Shown piece after piece: positions 35,501 through 64,000 of a DNA stretch of 64,000 bases (positions are counted from its first letter, which is position 1; each line of letters opens with the position of its first letter). A model generated the notes under the pieces. The model ran no database searches. It saw nothing but the letters and a program-made list of their open reading frames with translations, and was not told the origin of the DNA. Both the position numbers and the translations under genes were made by a program. The stretch is from assembly GCA_030390025.1 (NCBI GenBank), contig CM059425.1, positions 169,200,001 through 169,264,000 on the forward strand, written 5' to 3'. This DNA comes from Squalus acanthias. Taxonomy: Eukaryota.

Positions 35501-36452
35501 GGGCTAGTCAGAATACAATTACATACCATGATGGTAGAGTTAATGTACCAGAGGGATGAGCCTCCGTGTGCCAAATTGGCTTTTTCTCATTCCTGACTTT
35601 TCTTATGTTCTTTTCTCTGGGATTAATTGAATTGCAGATTTGTGCAATGAAAATCTGAAACATGTCTACATAAAATTGCATTTAACCCATGAGAACGTTG
35701 GTGCAATGTGCTCCACAGGTCACATGATTCATTTTGTTTAACAGTAAAATGGCAACTGTAAAATCCAAAAAAACAACTGCTCTGCACTCAATACATACAA
35801 CAGCACAATTATAAATGGGCCATAAACCCACAGCTGTCAGCCTTAGGTGACAACCTTGGCTCAGTGGTAACACTCTTGCCTCCGAGTCAGAAGGTTGTGG
35901 GTTCAAATCCCACTCCATAGACGTGAACACATAATCCAGGCTGATACTCCAGTGCAGAACTGAGGGAGTGCTGCACTGTCGGAGGTGCTGGCCTTTTGGA
36001 TGAAATGTTAAACCAAGGTCCCATCTACCCTCTGAGAGAGCACTATTTTTAAGAAGAGCAGGGGAGTTCTCCAGTGTCCTGACCAATATTTATCCCTAAA
36101 CCAGTATCACTAACACAGATGATCTGGTCATCATCACCTGGCTGTGTGCAATATGACTGTTGCATTTCCTACATTACAACAGTGACTACACTTCATAAAT
36201 ACTTCATTGGCTGTAAAGCACATTGGCACGTCCTGAGATCATGAAAGGCGCTATATAAATCCTTTCCTTTCTTATAAATCATGTATGATCTTTACTATTA
36301 ATATCGGAAACATTTACTGCTATTGTTAGAACTTCCAGTTTTTAAGTGATGTGATTATGTCAAACATAAAATTATCCAAATCTTTCAATAAACCTGTTGC
36401 CAAATGATTTTTTTCCCCTTCTAACAGCTACTTCACTATGACAGTCTATTAA
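17982..36452 (+). CDS. CIB1-like calcium- and integrin-binding EF-hand protein, 5'-incomplete; exons 17982-18087, 20081-20234, 25893-26011, 26519-26607, 36428-36452
   Basis: Hand-spliced peptide: ACERFKELVPEHITDFTRGNVRSPMQQMVQINELK/ANPFKKRICWIFSTSKLNNGSISFEDFLDMFSAFSEAAPISVKAEYAFRIL/DFNDNGTIDRSDLIQFLTIITGNEVHNILNEVEMKMIIDM/IIEDIDMDGDERINLSEFHHIASKVPDFA/GYFTMTVY*. All introns are GT-AG and in frame. CIB family motifs NPF..RIC..FS, FEDFLD, YAFRI.DF and INLSEF...PDF are present. Confidence 0.9.
18588..18810 (-). mobile_element. Deu-domain SINE 3' part
   Basis: Reverse complement of the SINE tail (aagacttgcatttacatagc...gttgagggataaatatt). Confidence 0.7.
19330..20030 (-). mobile_element. Old degenerate CR1 fragment
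   Basis: Residual similarity to the CR1 RT/tether DNA of the 27.9-30.6 kb copy; no intact ORF. Confidence 0.5.
20081..20234 (+). CDS. CIB1-like exon (ANPFKKRIC...YAFRIL)
   Basis: tttcag|GCA AAT CCA TTT ... ATC TTG G|gtaaga; 154 nt. Confidence 0.93.
20455..20498. repeat. (CT)n(AT)n microsatellite
   Basis: ctctctctctctctatgtatatatatatatatatatat. Confidence 0.9.
20663..21421. mobile_element. Non-autonomous Harbinger-type MITE (759 bp)
   Basis: TIRs ggcccggattttgctg / cagcaaaatctgggcc (15/16 match) with a perfect 3-bp TSD, aat. Confidence 0.88.
21880..24346. mobile_element. PIF/Harbinger transposon remnant: HARBI1-like transposase (+, about 22110-22660) convergent with a Myb/SANT-like gene (-, about 22660-23960)
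   Basis: PYPLRVFR..FSYIHLSEEQCLRRLRFSKE, VAVKVTVTLNFYASGSFQ...GFPMVQGAIDCTH (first catalytic D) and RTRTQCRKKFSDL. Right TIR-like end gaattttctccc; left boundary approximate. Confidence 0.85.
25893..26011 (+). CDS. CIB1-like exon (EF-hand 3, DFNDNGTIDRSD)
   Basis: gaacag|AT TTT AAT GAC ... GAC ATG|gtttgt; 119 nt. Confidence 0.92.
26519..26607 (+). CDS. CIB1-like exon (EF-hand 4, DMDGDERINLSE)
   Basis: ttttaag|ATC ATA GAG GAT ... TTT GCA GG|gtaata; 89 nt. Confidence 0.92.
27450..27735 (-). mobile_element. L2-like LINE 3' end
   Basis: Tail ggcgctatataaatgcaagttgttgttg shared with the SINE tail; upstream LQPYNPPRPL.S...LWNSLP-like, SFK.LLKTYL. Confidence 0.65.
27890..30632 (-). mobile_element. 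CR1 LINE, near-complete ORF2 (endonuclease + RT), decayed
   Basis: APE motifs (GVVYSPPN, MGDFNYPDINW, LDLV, SDH), RT motifs (YLDFQKAFD, KFADD) and the 3' domain; many frameshifts. Confidence 0.95.
32240..32900 (-). mobile_element. Degenerate L2-like LINE fragment containing a (TG)n microsatellite at 32538-32572
   Basis: agagatttgaaaactaggatgagaattttgaaattg matches the reverse complement of the fragment at 42830-42880; tail-like sequence at 32245-32270. Confidence 0.5.
32912..34709 (+). mobile_element. Large solo LTR (about 1.8 kb) in the last intron of the CIB1-like gene
   Basis: TGTAGG...CCTACA termini, AATAAA at 34547, internal direct repeats, CpG richer than the flanks and no long ORF. 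TSD imperfect (atcag/ctcaa). Confidence 0.6.
35013..35420 (-). mobile_element. Deu-domain SINE fragment with a CR1 3' tail (+, about 35278-35386) inserted
   Basis: Reverse-complement SINE tail, interrupted by gctggaaagtgggattag...ttctatgattctatgattcta. Confidence 0.7.
35855..36265 (+). mobile_element. Deu-domain tRNA-SINE, near full length
   Basis: A-box tggctcagtgg, B-box ggttcaaatcc, tail gaaaggcgctatataaat. Confidence 0.85.
36428..36452 (+). CDS. CIB1-like probable last coding exon (GYFTMTVY*)
   Basis: A strong polypyrimidine tract (ttttttcccctt ctaacag) in the correct phase gives a short hydrophobic tail like CIB1 SFKIVL*. Only 25 nt, so less certain. Confidence 0.7.
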
Positions 36453-39001
36453 GACAGAACAAGTCAATCAGTTGGATCCATTACTGAAACTACACACTCA
36501 TCAACTGCGATTGGATTCTGGACGAATCAAATTTAAAACAGGTCAATAGCTGTATGCCACTTGAAATTCCCCTGAACACACACATTATTAAGAGGCCTCG
36601 TCAGCATAAAAGAGAAAGAAACTTTTTAGGTGATGTCATTCTGTATCACATGCTTAATGCAATGAATTTACAGATTGTTTGCAATGAGAGCATATTGGAA
36701 ATTTAAGCAGGTGTCGCGCGCATGATTTTTTCCGACCATCAATTTAAATGGTTGGAGAATCATGTGCAGCATATGGCTGAATTTCTGTTGTGTCGTGTTT
36801 GGGTGAAGCTTTCCACTGGGATTCCAAGCTTTTTTCACTGGCAGTGCAAATCCAGAAAATTGGCTCTATAATTTTTACAGTCAGAAAATTGAGGTAATAC
36901 ACACCTGAATTGGGCAGACCATTTAAAATAGTCAGCAGGGCGCCCTTATGGCAGTGGGGTCCATCGCCAGCATACATAAAAATAAAGTGAGTAGAATCTG
37001 AACCCTTTAGTAACGTAGTTTAAGAATACAACTTCTCTGCCTGCTCTTCAAGTGCAGTGTACGGCCGGATTTCCAATTTGAGCTGGCAGTGGGTGAAGCT
37101 CTGAACCAGCAGCTTTAAATCAGAAAAGTACCCTTCATCTACTTTCCCTTTCTCTGGCCAATAGGTATAATCCTGGTTTATTCTGGGGCTCACTGTTTTC
37201 TGACCCTTTTTATGTCTTCCCTTCCCCTGGGTACCGAAAGATTAATTTAGTTATATATTGCTTCCCATTGTTTAAACTATTGCATATTATTCATTTGTTT
37301 GTCAGTTTACTGATGTTTGCAATTTGCTTGTTATTCTTTAAAATAATAATAAAAAAATTTGCTCCAGTTTAGAAGTCAGTTTTCTGTACTTGTTGTCACT
37401 CTATGCCACATATTTTCCCCATAAAGGGGGAATGTTTGGTACCCTGCTCCTAAGCCTTCTTTCAATACAACTGTATAAAGTGGCATTGGAAGGTAGATAA
37501 GAATAGTCACCATATAATTCAATTATTTTAAATTTCCCCTTGAGTGTCTATGTCGCCAAATATCAAGCACAATATTCTAGGTTTGATTTTGGACTACTGA
37601 ACAATTTCTAAGAGTTAGATTTCCATCATTCCCACTGCTAAGATCGGGAACTAGGCATGTGATGTGCATCCACAGACCATAGATATTGCATAATCATCAT
37701 TTACATTTCTAAATGATATTAAATGTAAAATGTACAAATGTTAAATGACTGTAATAAAGAGAACTTCAGTCATTGTAAAAATCAATAGTTGGCACCAAGT
37801 GGATATTTCAAAGAGTAAAAACCAGCAATAACTCACAAAAGAATATTTCCACATCCAGCTCTTTATAATGAGTTCACTTTAACCTTAGATCATGGTTCTG
37901 AAATGATAGGGTGTATTGAAGGGATGGATTACTGATCGAATTTACTGTGATAGAATTTAAAGTCCAACAGTTTTTTTTACTTTTTTATTCTTTGAAGTTA
38001 TCTTTCAGAAGTTGAAGGTACTGCTTTTCTGGAATTGACAGCTTGAATGAGGAATGAAAAGCAGACTGCACATTCCACAACTGCAGGTTATCTTACAAGG
38101 ACAGACACTTTACAGTATTTCAACCTTCAGCTCCCACTTGAAAGATGGTCTTGTAAAAAAAAGCTCATATTTAGAAATGGCTAGTGAAATCTGAATCCAT
38201 CAATAAAAGGATTTTAAATGTTCCAAGTAATTTTAGGCCTTTTCAAGACAAAAGCAAATGTAAAGCACTAGATGACTAGCTAAATCTGTAAAATATTAAT
38301 GGAGGCACTACCCCAGAAATCCCAGAAACTTGTAGGCTAAATGTGGTCATGGAACATATTTGACTTGCCATTCTAATGTGGATACAGAGGACACAAAATG
38401 TCATTCTTTGTCTAGACATTTAGAAATGTTGTCACCAGATGTTTAACCAGAAATTCCATTTCATTGAGATCCAGCTAAGGGAAAAGATTCTGTTGACTGG
38501 CAAGTCTCAGCCTCTTGACTAGGGAATGATATGGAAGAGAGATAGAACATACTCACCATAATAAACTAATTTAACTAGAAATCAATTTTCATCAATTATA
38601 ATTTACATCCCTGAGGTTGGATCAAGAGTTTTACACTTCATTTTACACCACTGAAGGAGATTTTTTTTTAATGTTCATGAAAACTTATAAAGAATTGTAA
38701 TTTGGATATTTATATTAGGTACTACATGGCTATTTAACATGGAGGTATTGATCATAGACAGGTTCATATATTTTTTAGTACTGTAAATACAATGCTATAT
38801 ACAGAGTACATATCAACAATGAAAAATACCTTATTTATACAAATTTTAATGAAGGAATTACAGACCTGATATTTAAAACTTTTTTTTAAATATTCAGCTT
38901 TATTACATCTTGTACCATGATGGGGAGATTTGTTTTTACAACAGGCCTGGTAATTTTAAAGAACCTGCAACAGCATCACGGCATTCACTATAAAGTGTAC
39001 A

Positions 39002-39139
39002 GGGGTAATTTTCACTATTGTTGCCGAGTGAATAATGGGTAATAGCGACCCGGCAGCCCTTTTTACACTTCTCCAGATGTTCTTTTCTACGACGTTAAAT
39101 AACTCTTATTTGCCTGGCGATAAAAGTGAAAATGACCCC
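39002..39139. mobile_element. Small palindromic MITE (about 138 bp)
   Basis: TIRs ggggtaattttcact / agtgaaaatgacccc. Confidence 0.7.
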
Positions 39140-39660
39140 CTATGTCTTTCATGGATGCAAACAGATTTTTCATTGTACAGAGGAACTTTTCTACACTTCT
39201 CTGCAGGGTTAAAATTAAGTCTTGTTGCCAGTGTTTCTAACTTGTAACTGTTTTAAGAGGTCAAACAGCTTTAATCTGTTTTGCTACAATCTAGTATTTG
39301 AAGCAAAACAATTCTGAAGATAGAAGAGGTGCAAAGGTCTGACAGAACTGTAAAGAAACACAATGGCAAAAGTGTCAAAAATTTCTGGTGAGGCTTGGGA
39401 AGCTGCTGTGAACTGAGAACAGAGCAAATCGCCCTCACAGAATTAGAAGTTGCAAATCAATTTGCTTGAATTATTTTGAAAAGATGTTTCCTGCATCATA
39501 AATTTCCAAGTTAAAATCACTTCCAATTAGTGTTACAAGTTTGTCAGTAAATGCAATACTTATTTAAAATCTACACAAATGACAAATATTCATGAGAATT
39601 ATTTGGTAAAGTAGTGAGTGGTTCATTCAGAATTGGTCCTTGGACTAAAGTACTGTAGTG

Positions 39661-40838
39661 CACGGGTTCTCAGCCGGGGGTTCGCGGCCCCCTAAGGCTC
39701 TGCAAGAAGGTTTCAAAGGGTCCGCCAAAAAATGTGTAGAAAAAAAAGATTGCCGTGATAATAGACCAGTCAGAATCAGAGTCTGGACAAGTGGCAGCCG
39801 AGATGCCTTGTCAATCAAGGGATGCCGCCCAATGAGAATGAATCAGAGCTGGGGGTCTCTCTGTGTTTGCACAGGTTTTGGTTGAAGCGAAAGGAAGAGA
39901 GAGAAAAAAAACAAGCCGGTCCATGCGTGAGGCAGCAGCGGTAGTTGGTGTTTGGACGCAGCGTGCGGAGGGAGACACCAGAGGGCAAGGAGATAAGGCG
40001 CTGAGTTTTTGCCCAGCGAACAGCACTGAGAATCGGTGCTAGAGAGAGGCCGTGACTTAAAGCTTCATCTCTTGTTTCCCCAGTGATATGATGGGCGTCA
40101 AATCAGTTGGCAAAATTCTCCGTGTGTCCATGTTTTCTTCGCGCTTCTGATTTCTCCTTAGTTCCACCCTGTGCGTGTGATTTCACTCCCCCCAATTTTT
40201 AATTTATGTTGTTCGTAAAGCAGAGCTGGCAAGGCTAGGCCTGTGCTGGGTGGTTACAGCCACTGCACGGAATCCCAACATTTGGAAAAGTGTTTATATG
40301 TCTTTGGAGTCAGTGTATGTATGTGCCATTTGAGTGGAAAAACACTGGCCAAGACAGGGATTGTTTCAATTGCTTTGCAACTGAATTGTATTAAACTAAA
40401 TCATTAATGCAGATATTGGGTATGTATATTATGATTTTGTAATTCCATGAGTGAATTTACAAGAGTGGGACAGTTGCAATTGAGTTACTGTCTGCTGTAC
40501 CATTGGGAAATAGAATTGCGCCCAGTACCATATTTATACTGTATATGCATTTAAAAAAAATGCTTGTTTAAGATACAAAGAACTTGCAAATTGAAAGGAT
40601 AATTATGTGAGATGTCTCTGGTCAGTCGGAGTGTGGAGAAAAGAGAGAATCTCAGCCCAAGAAGGGGAAAGACTGGAGGATAACAGTCAAGTTGTAAGTA
40701 AAACAATAATAAATTTGTATGTTTAATTGTATAACTCATTTTTATATAGAAAAAATACATGTGTTGTGTTATGGGGGGCCATGGAAGTTTTATAACACAG
40801 GAGGGGAGCCTCAGAAGCAAAAAGGTTGCGAACCCCTG
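39661..40838. mobile_element. Non-autonomous hAT transposon (1178 bp)
   Basis: Perfect 8-bp TSD ctgtagtg (39653-39660 and 40839-40846); TIRs cacgggttctcagcc / ggttgcgaacccctg (CAGGGGTT.. type). Confidence 0.9.
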
Positions 40839-40973
40839 CTGTAGTGGGTGGAAAGTTTCTTCAGCAATGGTGCCTGCTCTTTTTGGTAAGGTTACTGTGG
40901 TCTTCTCACAAAGATCGACAGATCAGCTGGTTTAACTGCAGATTAACAGGATGGTGCCACCACAATGGTGAAT

Positions 40974-58528
<17,555 letters not shown>

Positions 58529-58714
58529 CTTTATTTTGTCTCACCTGGCAAAGTATACATAATGAGCAAATTACATTCAATATGGATAATGCAGACTGTT
58601 GTATATGAGGAATTAATGAGGAATATGGGAGTATTAAATACTTAAAAAATACAAAGGCTACCATTTTTTTGTTGATGAGCAGTAATAATTTATAAAAAGA
58701 AAAACACAAATGCT

Positions 58715-58905
58715 ACAAATATGAATTAAAAGCTGAAAATATGAGAAACACAAAGATAGGATAATGTTTCAGGTGAGACCTTTCATCAGAACTATTTATC
58801 TCTAGTTATGATGACAGGTCACACACAAAGAGTTAACCTGCCCTTTCTCTTTCAAATATTGACTGACCAGTTGTGTATTTCCAGCATTTTCTATTTTTAT
58901 TTCAG
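58715..58905. mobile_element. Inverted pair of Penelope-like terminal repeat fragments
   Basis: gataatgtttcaggtgagacctttcatcagaact (hammerhead-like on -) faces a decayed copy on + ending tattttccagcattttctattttt. Confidence 0.55.
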
Positions 58906-59314
58906 TAATACGCCTTGATGGGTGCTTTGTGCACGGGAAGGTTTTAACACACAGACTCTGTCCTTTTTAAAATTTTAAAACACTAATTACTAACAATGAC
59001 TATTTTGCAGTTAACATTTGTAATTTGCCTAGGTGTCTGAATTAAAAGCTTTACAACAAATAGATACAAACCATCCATTAAAGACCAATATATTAAAGTA
59101 TATAGAAAAAAATTATAAATATCAATATTCTTTATATAGGTGACACTGTTATGGTCTCAATAAATAAATTATATAATTTTAAAAATCTGCTGTACAAACA
59201 GAAAGCTAAGAAGAACAGGGATGTCACAACTTTAGTTACACTGGTGTGACAGGCTCCTGTAATTTGCTCACTACTTCATCACCTATGGTTTACCACTTAT
59301 GCCATAAATAGCAA

Positions 59315-60790
59315 ATGACCTCAAATATCCTTCCGGGTCAGACAGTGATTTACTTGTACTTCTTCCAACCTAGTATACTGTATTCGCTGCTCATGATGTG
59401 GTCTGCTCCACATTGGGGAGACCAAACAAATTGGGTGACAGCTTTGCTGAACACCTCCGTTACATCTGCAAGTGCGACCCAGAGCCCCTGGTTGCTTGCC
59501 ATTTTAATTATCCATCATACCCTCACTCTGAACTCTGTCCTTGGCCTTCTACACTGTTCCAATGAAGCTCGAGCAAGAGCACCTCATCCTTCTACTAGGC
59601 ACGTTGCAGTCCTCTGGCCTTAATCATGGGCCAAAAATTCATCCCGCGACGCGAGAGTACGCACTGCGTACTCTCGCGTATTCTCTCTCCAATTGCCGGT
59701 TTTCTGCATGCCCTGCGCATGCGCTGAAAACCGGCAGTTGGTCTTTTGAAAAGGGGGCGGTTCCTCGGTGCATCACGTGCGCGCTACAGGCTGCGCGCAC
59801 GCTGTGCACTTCATGCTTTGGACGCGCAGGTAAGTACGGAAGATTTTAGAAATGGAAAAAGGAGGAGTAAGACCCACTTTTAACAAGGTAAGTAGTGAAT
59901 TAAGTATTTTTTTGAATTTTTTTTAACAGGTATATCTTTTTTAGAGACTTTAAAGACAGGTAAGTTTATTTTTATAACTTTTTAAAAGATTTTAAAATTT
60001 TTCAAAAATTTAATTTTTTATTTAAAATGGTTAATTTATTTAACTATACTTATTTTATTAATGTGATGGTTTTTTAAAAAATTTAATTGAGGTTTAGCTG
60101 TTATTTTGGGGGGGTGTAAGATTCATAGATTTCACAGCACGTCTGTGAAACTTATGAATGGAAGATGGTGTGCTGCCATTGGCTCTGAGTCACGTGATCC
60201 CACAGCTTGCACGAATTCACTACGCCGGTGGGATACGCAAGCACTGCCCAGCTGATGTCTGGAACATCAAGTTCGTGCGAGCTGGATCTGAAAAAGCACA
60301 GGCGGAGTGAGAGATCGCGGGGAAGCCTTACCCCCGCGGGAACAGAGCGAGATCAATTTCTGGGCCATTGACTTTAACAACTTCACACCTTAACCACAGT
60401 TCCCATTTTCTCTTGGAGAGCACGGTAATGAAGGATGAGTGTATAGCGCTTTCAGGACTGATGGAAGTTGTGGGTTGGTGCATGGGATGGGGATCACTGT
60501 TCAGTATCTTACTCTACTATCACTTGTCATTTTATCATCTCTTGTTCTCACCTAATCACTTTACAGGTCATTATGGTTTGTGTATGTGCTCATTTTCCCC
60601 ACATCCTTTTCCCTTGCCCTGTCCCTCTTTATAAGCTGTTCATCTGTACCATCTTCCGGTTCTGACGAAGGGTCGTAGCCTGAAATGCTAACCCTAGTTT
60701 CCTTTCTCCACAGATGCTGCCTGACCTGCTAAGTGATTCCAGTCTTTTCTGTTTATACTTCAGACTTCCAGCATCTGCACTCATTGCCTT
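59315..60790 (+). mobile_element. Penelope-like retroelement 3' part: GIY-YIG endonuclease remnant plus terminal repeat, interrupted by a MITE
   Basis: From 59328: SFRVRQ*FTCTSSNLVYCIRCS*CGLLHIGETK, then in a shifted frame GDSFAEHL...VACHFN (PLE GIY-YIG signature). The terminal repeat has a hammerhead motif at 60659-60693. Confidence 0.85.
59628..60366. mobile_element. Non-autonomous Harbinger-type MITE
   Basis: Ends gggccaaaaatt / aatttctgggcc, CpG-rich subtermini and AT-rich core; the Penelope sequence resumes after it. Confidence 0.7.
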
Positions 60791-61379
60791 GAAGCCTCCT
60801 CTATTTACTCCATGTATGGGGTGGGAATGGAGAGTACGGTTTATTATCCTTCTGCAGAGACATAAAAGCTGCCTGCTGGGAAGCTAAACAGAACTGAATC
60901 AGTGTTGTGTGTAATGGAGTAGGATGACAAGTTGAGTATACGATTTCCCACTTGATTCGATATGGAAGAAAAAGCCTTGCAATCACACCCACGTATTTCC
61001 ATAAAAAAAACCACTTCGTTCATAATACAATTTGGCTCTTTATAGAGAAAAGGCCCGTGTCCTGCAATGCAGAAGCGACAGATGCCTTGCGTGCCGAGGA
61101 TATCCTCGCCATCTCACCAATTGATTAAGTAACCCTAGTCTTAAAGGACTCCTGTCTTTATTTGATCAACCCATTTCTGCAACTCCCAAAACTTCACTGT
61201 TTCCCCCGCCGGGTTACTGGCGGTAAAAGGGATTGAATTCCTGGACTGTAATCACGCAGAAATAAGGCACTGTTTTAGCCCTCAGTCTGAGATGTTACCA
61301 TCTGTGCCCTTCAAAACAATAAATAAATGACTGGCTAAAACCTAATCAAAGTGGCTCACTTCCCTTCAAGGGCACAGTG

Positions 61380-61765
61380 GGCAAATGGAACGCGGTCCCG
61401 GGACTGACCCGGAGCACGAGCCGCGACCTCAACCTGTTCAATGGTCACAGCTGCAAAAGAAGGCGCGCAGACTTACGACCAAAAGCAGAGCCCAAGCGTC
61501 AGGCTGGGGAGCGGTCGGTGTCAGTGTGAGACCAGCAGCACCAGCTTCCCCGGGTCGCAGCTCGCGCCTACAGGTCGGCGGACTTTGTGCATTTTGCAAC
61601 AATATCCGCGGGCTGAAATTTAAAACTTCTATTTAAATAAAATATCGCGGTTCATCTGCATTAAAAGCAGAAATAATTAAAAATCTTGTGCTCTGAAATG
61701 TAATCATTTACTACTGGGAGTTTCTCGGCCTCGTCAGTCTTTGCATTACGGGAGTTGTAGTTCTT
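61380..61765 (-). promoter_or_regulatory. Probable NUDT12 promoter / non-coding first exon with a ZNF143(SBS)-type motif
   Basis: Locally CpG-enriched segment about 3 kb upstream of the ATG exon. On the - strand, GAACTACAACTCCCGTAATGC (61743-61763) fits ACTACAnnTCCCA/GnnATGC. Candidate donor C|gtaagt at 61477/61476. Confidence 0.6.
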
Positions 61766-62077
61766 ACGATTGAACTTCCTCATTTCCATTGCTCACAGTA
61801 ACAGAGACACCGGAGTGCAAATTTAAAGACTAAGTTAACCTCATTTTTGAACAGTCACGTGCAATTCTTAGTATTTAGGTTAGCGGATGTCCCGCGACGT
61901 TGCTCACAGAGAGTTGGGGACAATCTATTCTATAATGTCAGGAGTGTTGTACCATGTAGCACACAATGTAGGTGCTTTTCAGTGGCATTGGTCATGGACC
62001 CCCAAAAATCTGTCTCCTTACAGCTTCTTTCCCACTCTGATTATTTTTTGTGGTACACAATGCTTCCTTTACTTCCT

Positions 62078-62415
62078 TTAGAGTGCTGCACTGTCAGAGG
62101 TGCTGTCTTTTGGATGAGACGTTAAACCGACTGCTCTCTCAGGTGGACGTAAAAGATCCCATGGCATTATTTTGAAGAAGAGTAGGGGCGTTATCCCTGG
62201 TGTCCTGGCCAATATTTCTCCCTCAACCAACATAACAAAAACAGATTATCTGGTCATTTTCACATTGCTGTTTGTGGGAGCTTGCTGTGCACAAATTGGC
62301 TGCTGCGTTTCCCACATTACAACAGTGACTTCACTTCAAAAGTACTTCATTGGCTGTAAAGCGCTTTGAGACGTCTGGTGGTCGTGAAAGGTGCTATATA
62401 AATGCAAGTCTTTCA
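62078..62415 (+). mobile_element. Deu-domain SINE, 5'-truncated
   Basis: Near-identical to 6127-6440. Confidence 0.85.
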
Positions 62416-62564
62416 AGTATTTCTTTTTACTTTCTATCTTAATTTTCCGTTCTTTTGTTCTCATCAGGGGAATAAAGAAGATGTATCCCACCTTTTTTTT
62501 GGAAGGGTTGAAAGTGCTGGAAGCCTGCAAACTAAGCTGCTGGACAGAAATGAGATTGCAAATC

Positions 62565-62668
62565 TGTAGTAAAAACAGAAATTGCTGGAGACACTGGGCA
62601 GGTCAGGCAGCACCTGTGGAGAGAGACACAGCGGTAACGTTTCAGGTTGATTCTGCTTTCATCAGATC
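62565..62668 (-). mobile_element. Penelope-like terminal repeat fragment
   Basis: gcaggtcaggcagcacctgtggagagaga...aacgtttcaggtt...ttcatcag. Confidence 0.6.
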
Positions 62669-64000
62669 ACATAGGAGTTTTTAATGTATTTTCAAATGTA
62701 ATGTGACCCACCCAGCATTTTTAAAATGTGATCGTTATTCGAGCTGATTTCCCAGACTTGCAGAGTGCAGTTGGTCCTGCTCCTGTAGTAGGTGCGGGTC
62801 TATTGCTGAGATTCAAATGAGGCACACAGGATGTTCCTGGATTTGCGCCTCATTTTCCTGCAAGAACTCTCACTGAATGCCCCTGTGTCCAGTGAAACAT
62901 AACATTGTGACTTTCCCCCAGCCCCCACTGACTGGAGGATCCACAGAAGTACAAAGACCAGCTGAAAATTGCCAGATAAGTGTTTATTTTACATTTTTAA
63001 TCCCCTCCAGGATATTAATAGGTAATTGCGACCTTCAGGCTGTGATCTCTATCAGCAGGGGTCCCAACCTTGGAGCACCGACACACAGCCACAGACCTGC
63101 AGCTGGCATTAGGCTCTGCTTGGGGTGACCCCGGGTTGCTGCTTTATTCAGCTCTGGGAAATGCAGGCGGGGACTGCAGGAAAATATGCCCTAGTTGATT
63201 CCATTTCAAGGCGACTGTGGTAAAGTGCCTTGGGAAACTGTTGTATTTCGAGGCATGATGATGTCATCACCACTCATGGTCTTGTAGAATCATGCCATTT
63301 TTCTTTGGACTCGAAGTTGCCACAAAATATATTTTGCACCGCTGAGCTGATCGCAGCTTTTGAGTGCCAGCCAAAACCTCCTTGTGCTAGTGTGAAAATA
63401 ATGAATTGCCCTGTTATTATTGCCTTATTACTTTACGCTAACTTCACAAGAACTTAAAGTTGTAAATGAGAAAAATTATTCATTCTGATTATACTTGAGC
63501 AATAAACATGCTCTGGTGTCCTGAGACTCCGAGGAGTTGCAAAGAAATAAAATTTACAAAATAAAAAGCAGGGTTTGACATGAACAGGTGCTAACATCCC
63601 TTAGGCACAAAGTACTCGAAACAGTTGCCTGACAGGCTGTCTTTATTCTTGTTCCCTTGGATGCCCAATGTGTCTGCATCCTGCTTTCATTCTCACAGGG
63701 AACAAGAAACAAGAATACTATTGGAGGTGGTGTTATTCCAGCCTGTCTTCTGCTGTCAAACCAGTAGTAGACTCTGCATTACTTTGAAGTGGTTTTGTGT
63801 TACTGAAGTGATTTGTTCATTGGAAATGGAGTCCAGTGTTGGATTAAATCACAGGGGTATGAGTGGAATGGTGATGGTAACAGGATGAAGCTGCTGACAG
63901 CCAAGAATTACTTCATCCCTTTCACTGGATTTTCAGCCCATCAGGACTCGGTGTGGAACAGCAGTCTCTACTCAGTCACTGCAGAGGTGTTAATGACTCG

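Noticed and set aside
35855..35915. tRNA gene
   Set aside because: The A and B boxes continue directly into the SINE body, no complete cloverleaf is evident, and it is multi-copy in the window.
36692..37078. Possible MITE in the CIB1-like 3' UTR (ttggaaat ... atttccaa)
   Set aside because: The inverted ends are only about 9 bp and there is no clear TSD.

Overview
This is eukaryotic, repeat-rich vertebrate DNA, and its repeat families look like those of a cartilaginous fish (shark-like; an inference). It holds two convergent intron-containing genes. (1) NUDT12 lies on the - strand and is complete: six GT-AG coding exons (58528 down to 40974) join to 1389 nt / 462 aa, with a probable non-coding first exon and a ZNF143-type promoter motif at about 61.5-61.8 kb. 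(2) A divergent CIB1-like EF-hand gene lies on the + strand. The ORF track does not show it. Five coding exons (17982-36452) could be assembled; its first two exons were not found in the window. Most of the remaining DNA is nested transposable elements: CR1 LINEs, a second LINE family with a tRNA-like 5' head and no ORF1, Deu-domain tRNA-SINEs, PIF/Harbinger elements and MITEs, a hAT MITE, two solo LTRs, and Penelope-like remnants whose terminal repeats carry minimal hammerhead-ribozyme motifs. The strongest leads are the CIB1-like paralog beside NUDT12 (a possible ohnolog), the hammerhead motifs, an inverted duplication that splits one LINE, a templated 5' junction on a CR1 insertion, and an E2F-site cluster in a solo LTR. 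No alignments or database searches were run; family names come from motif recognition only.
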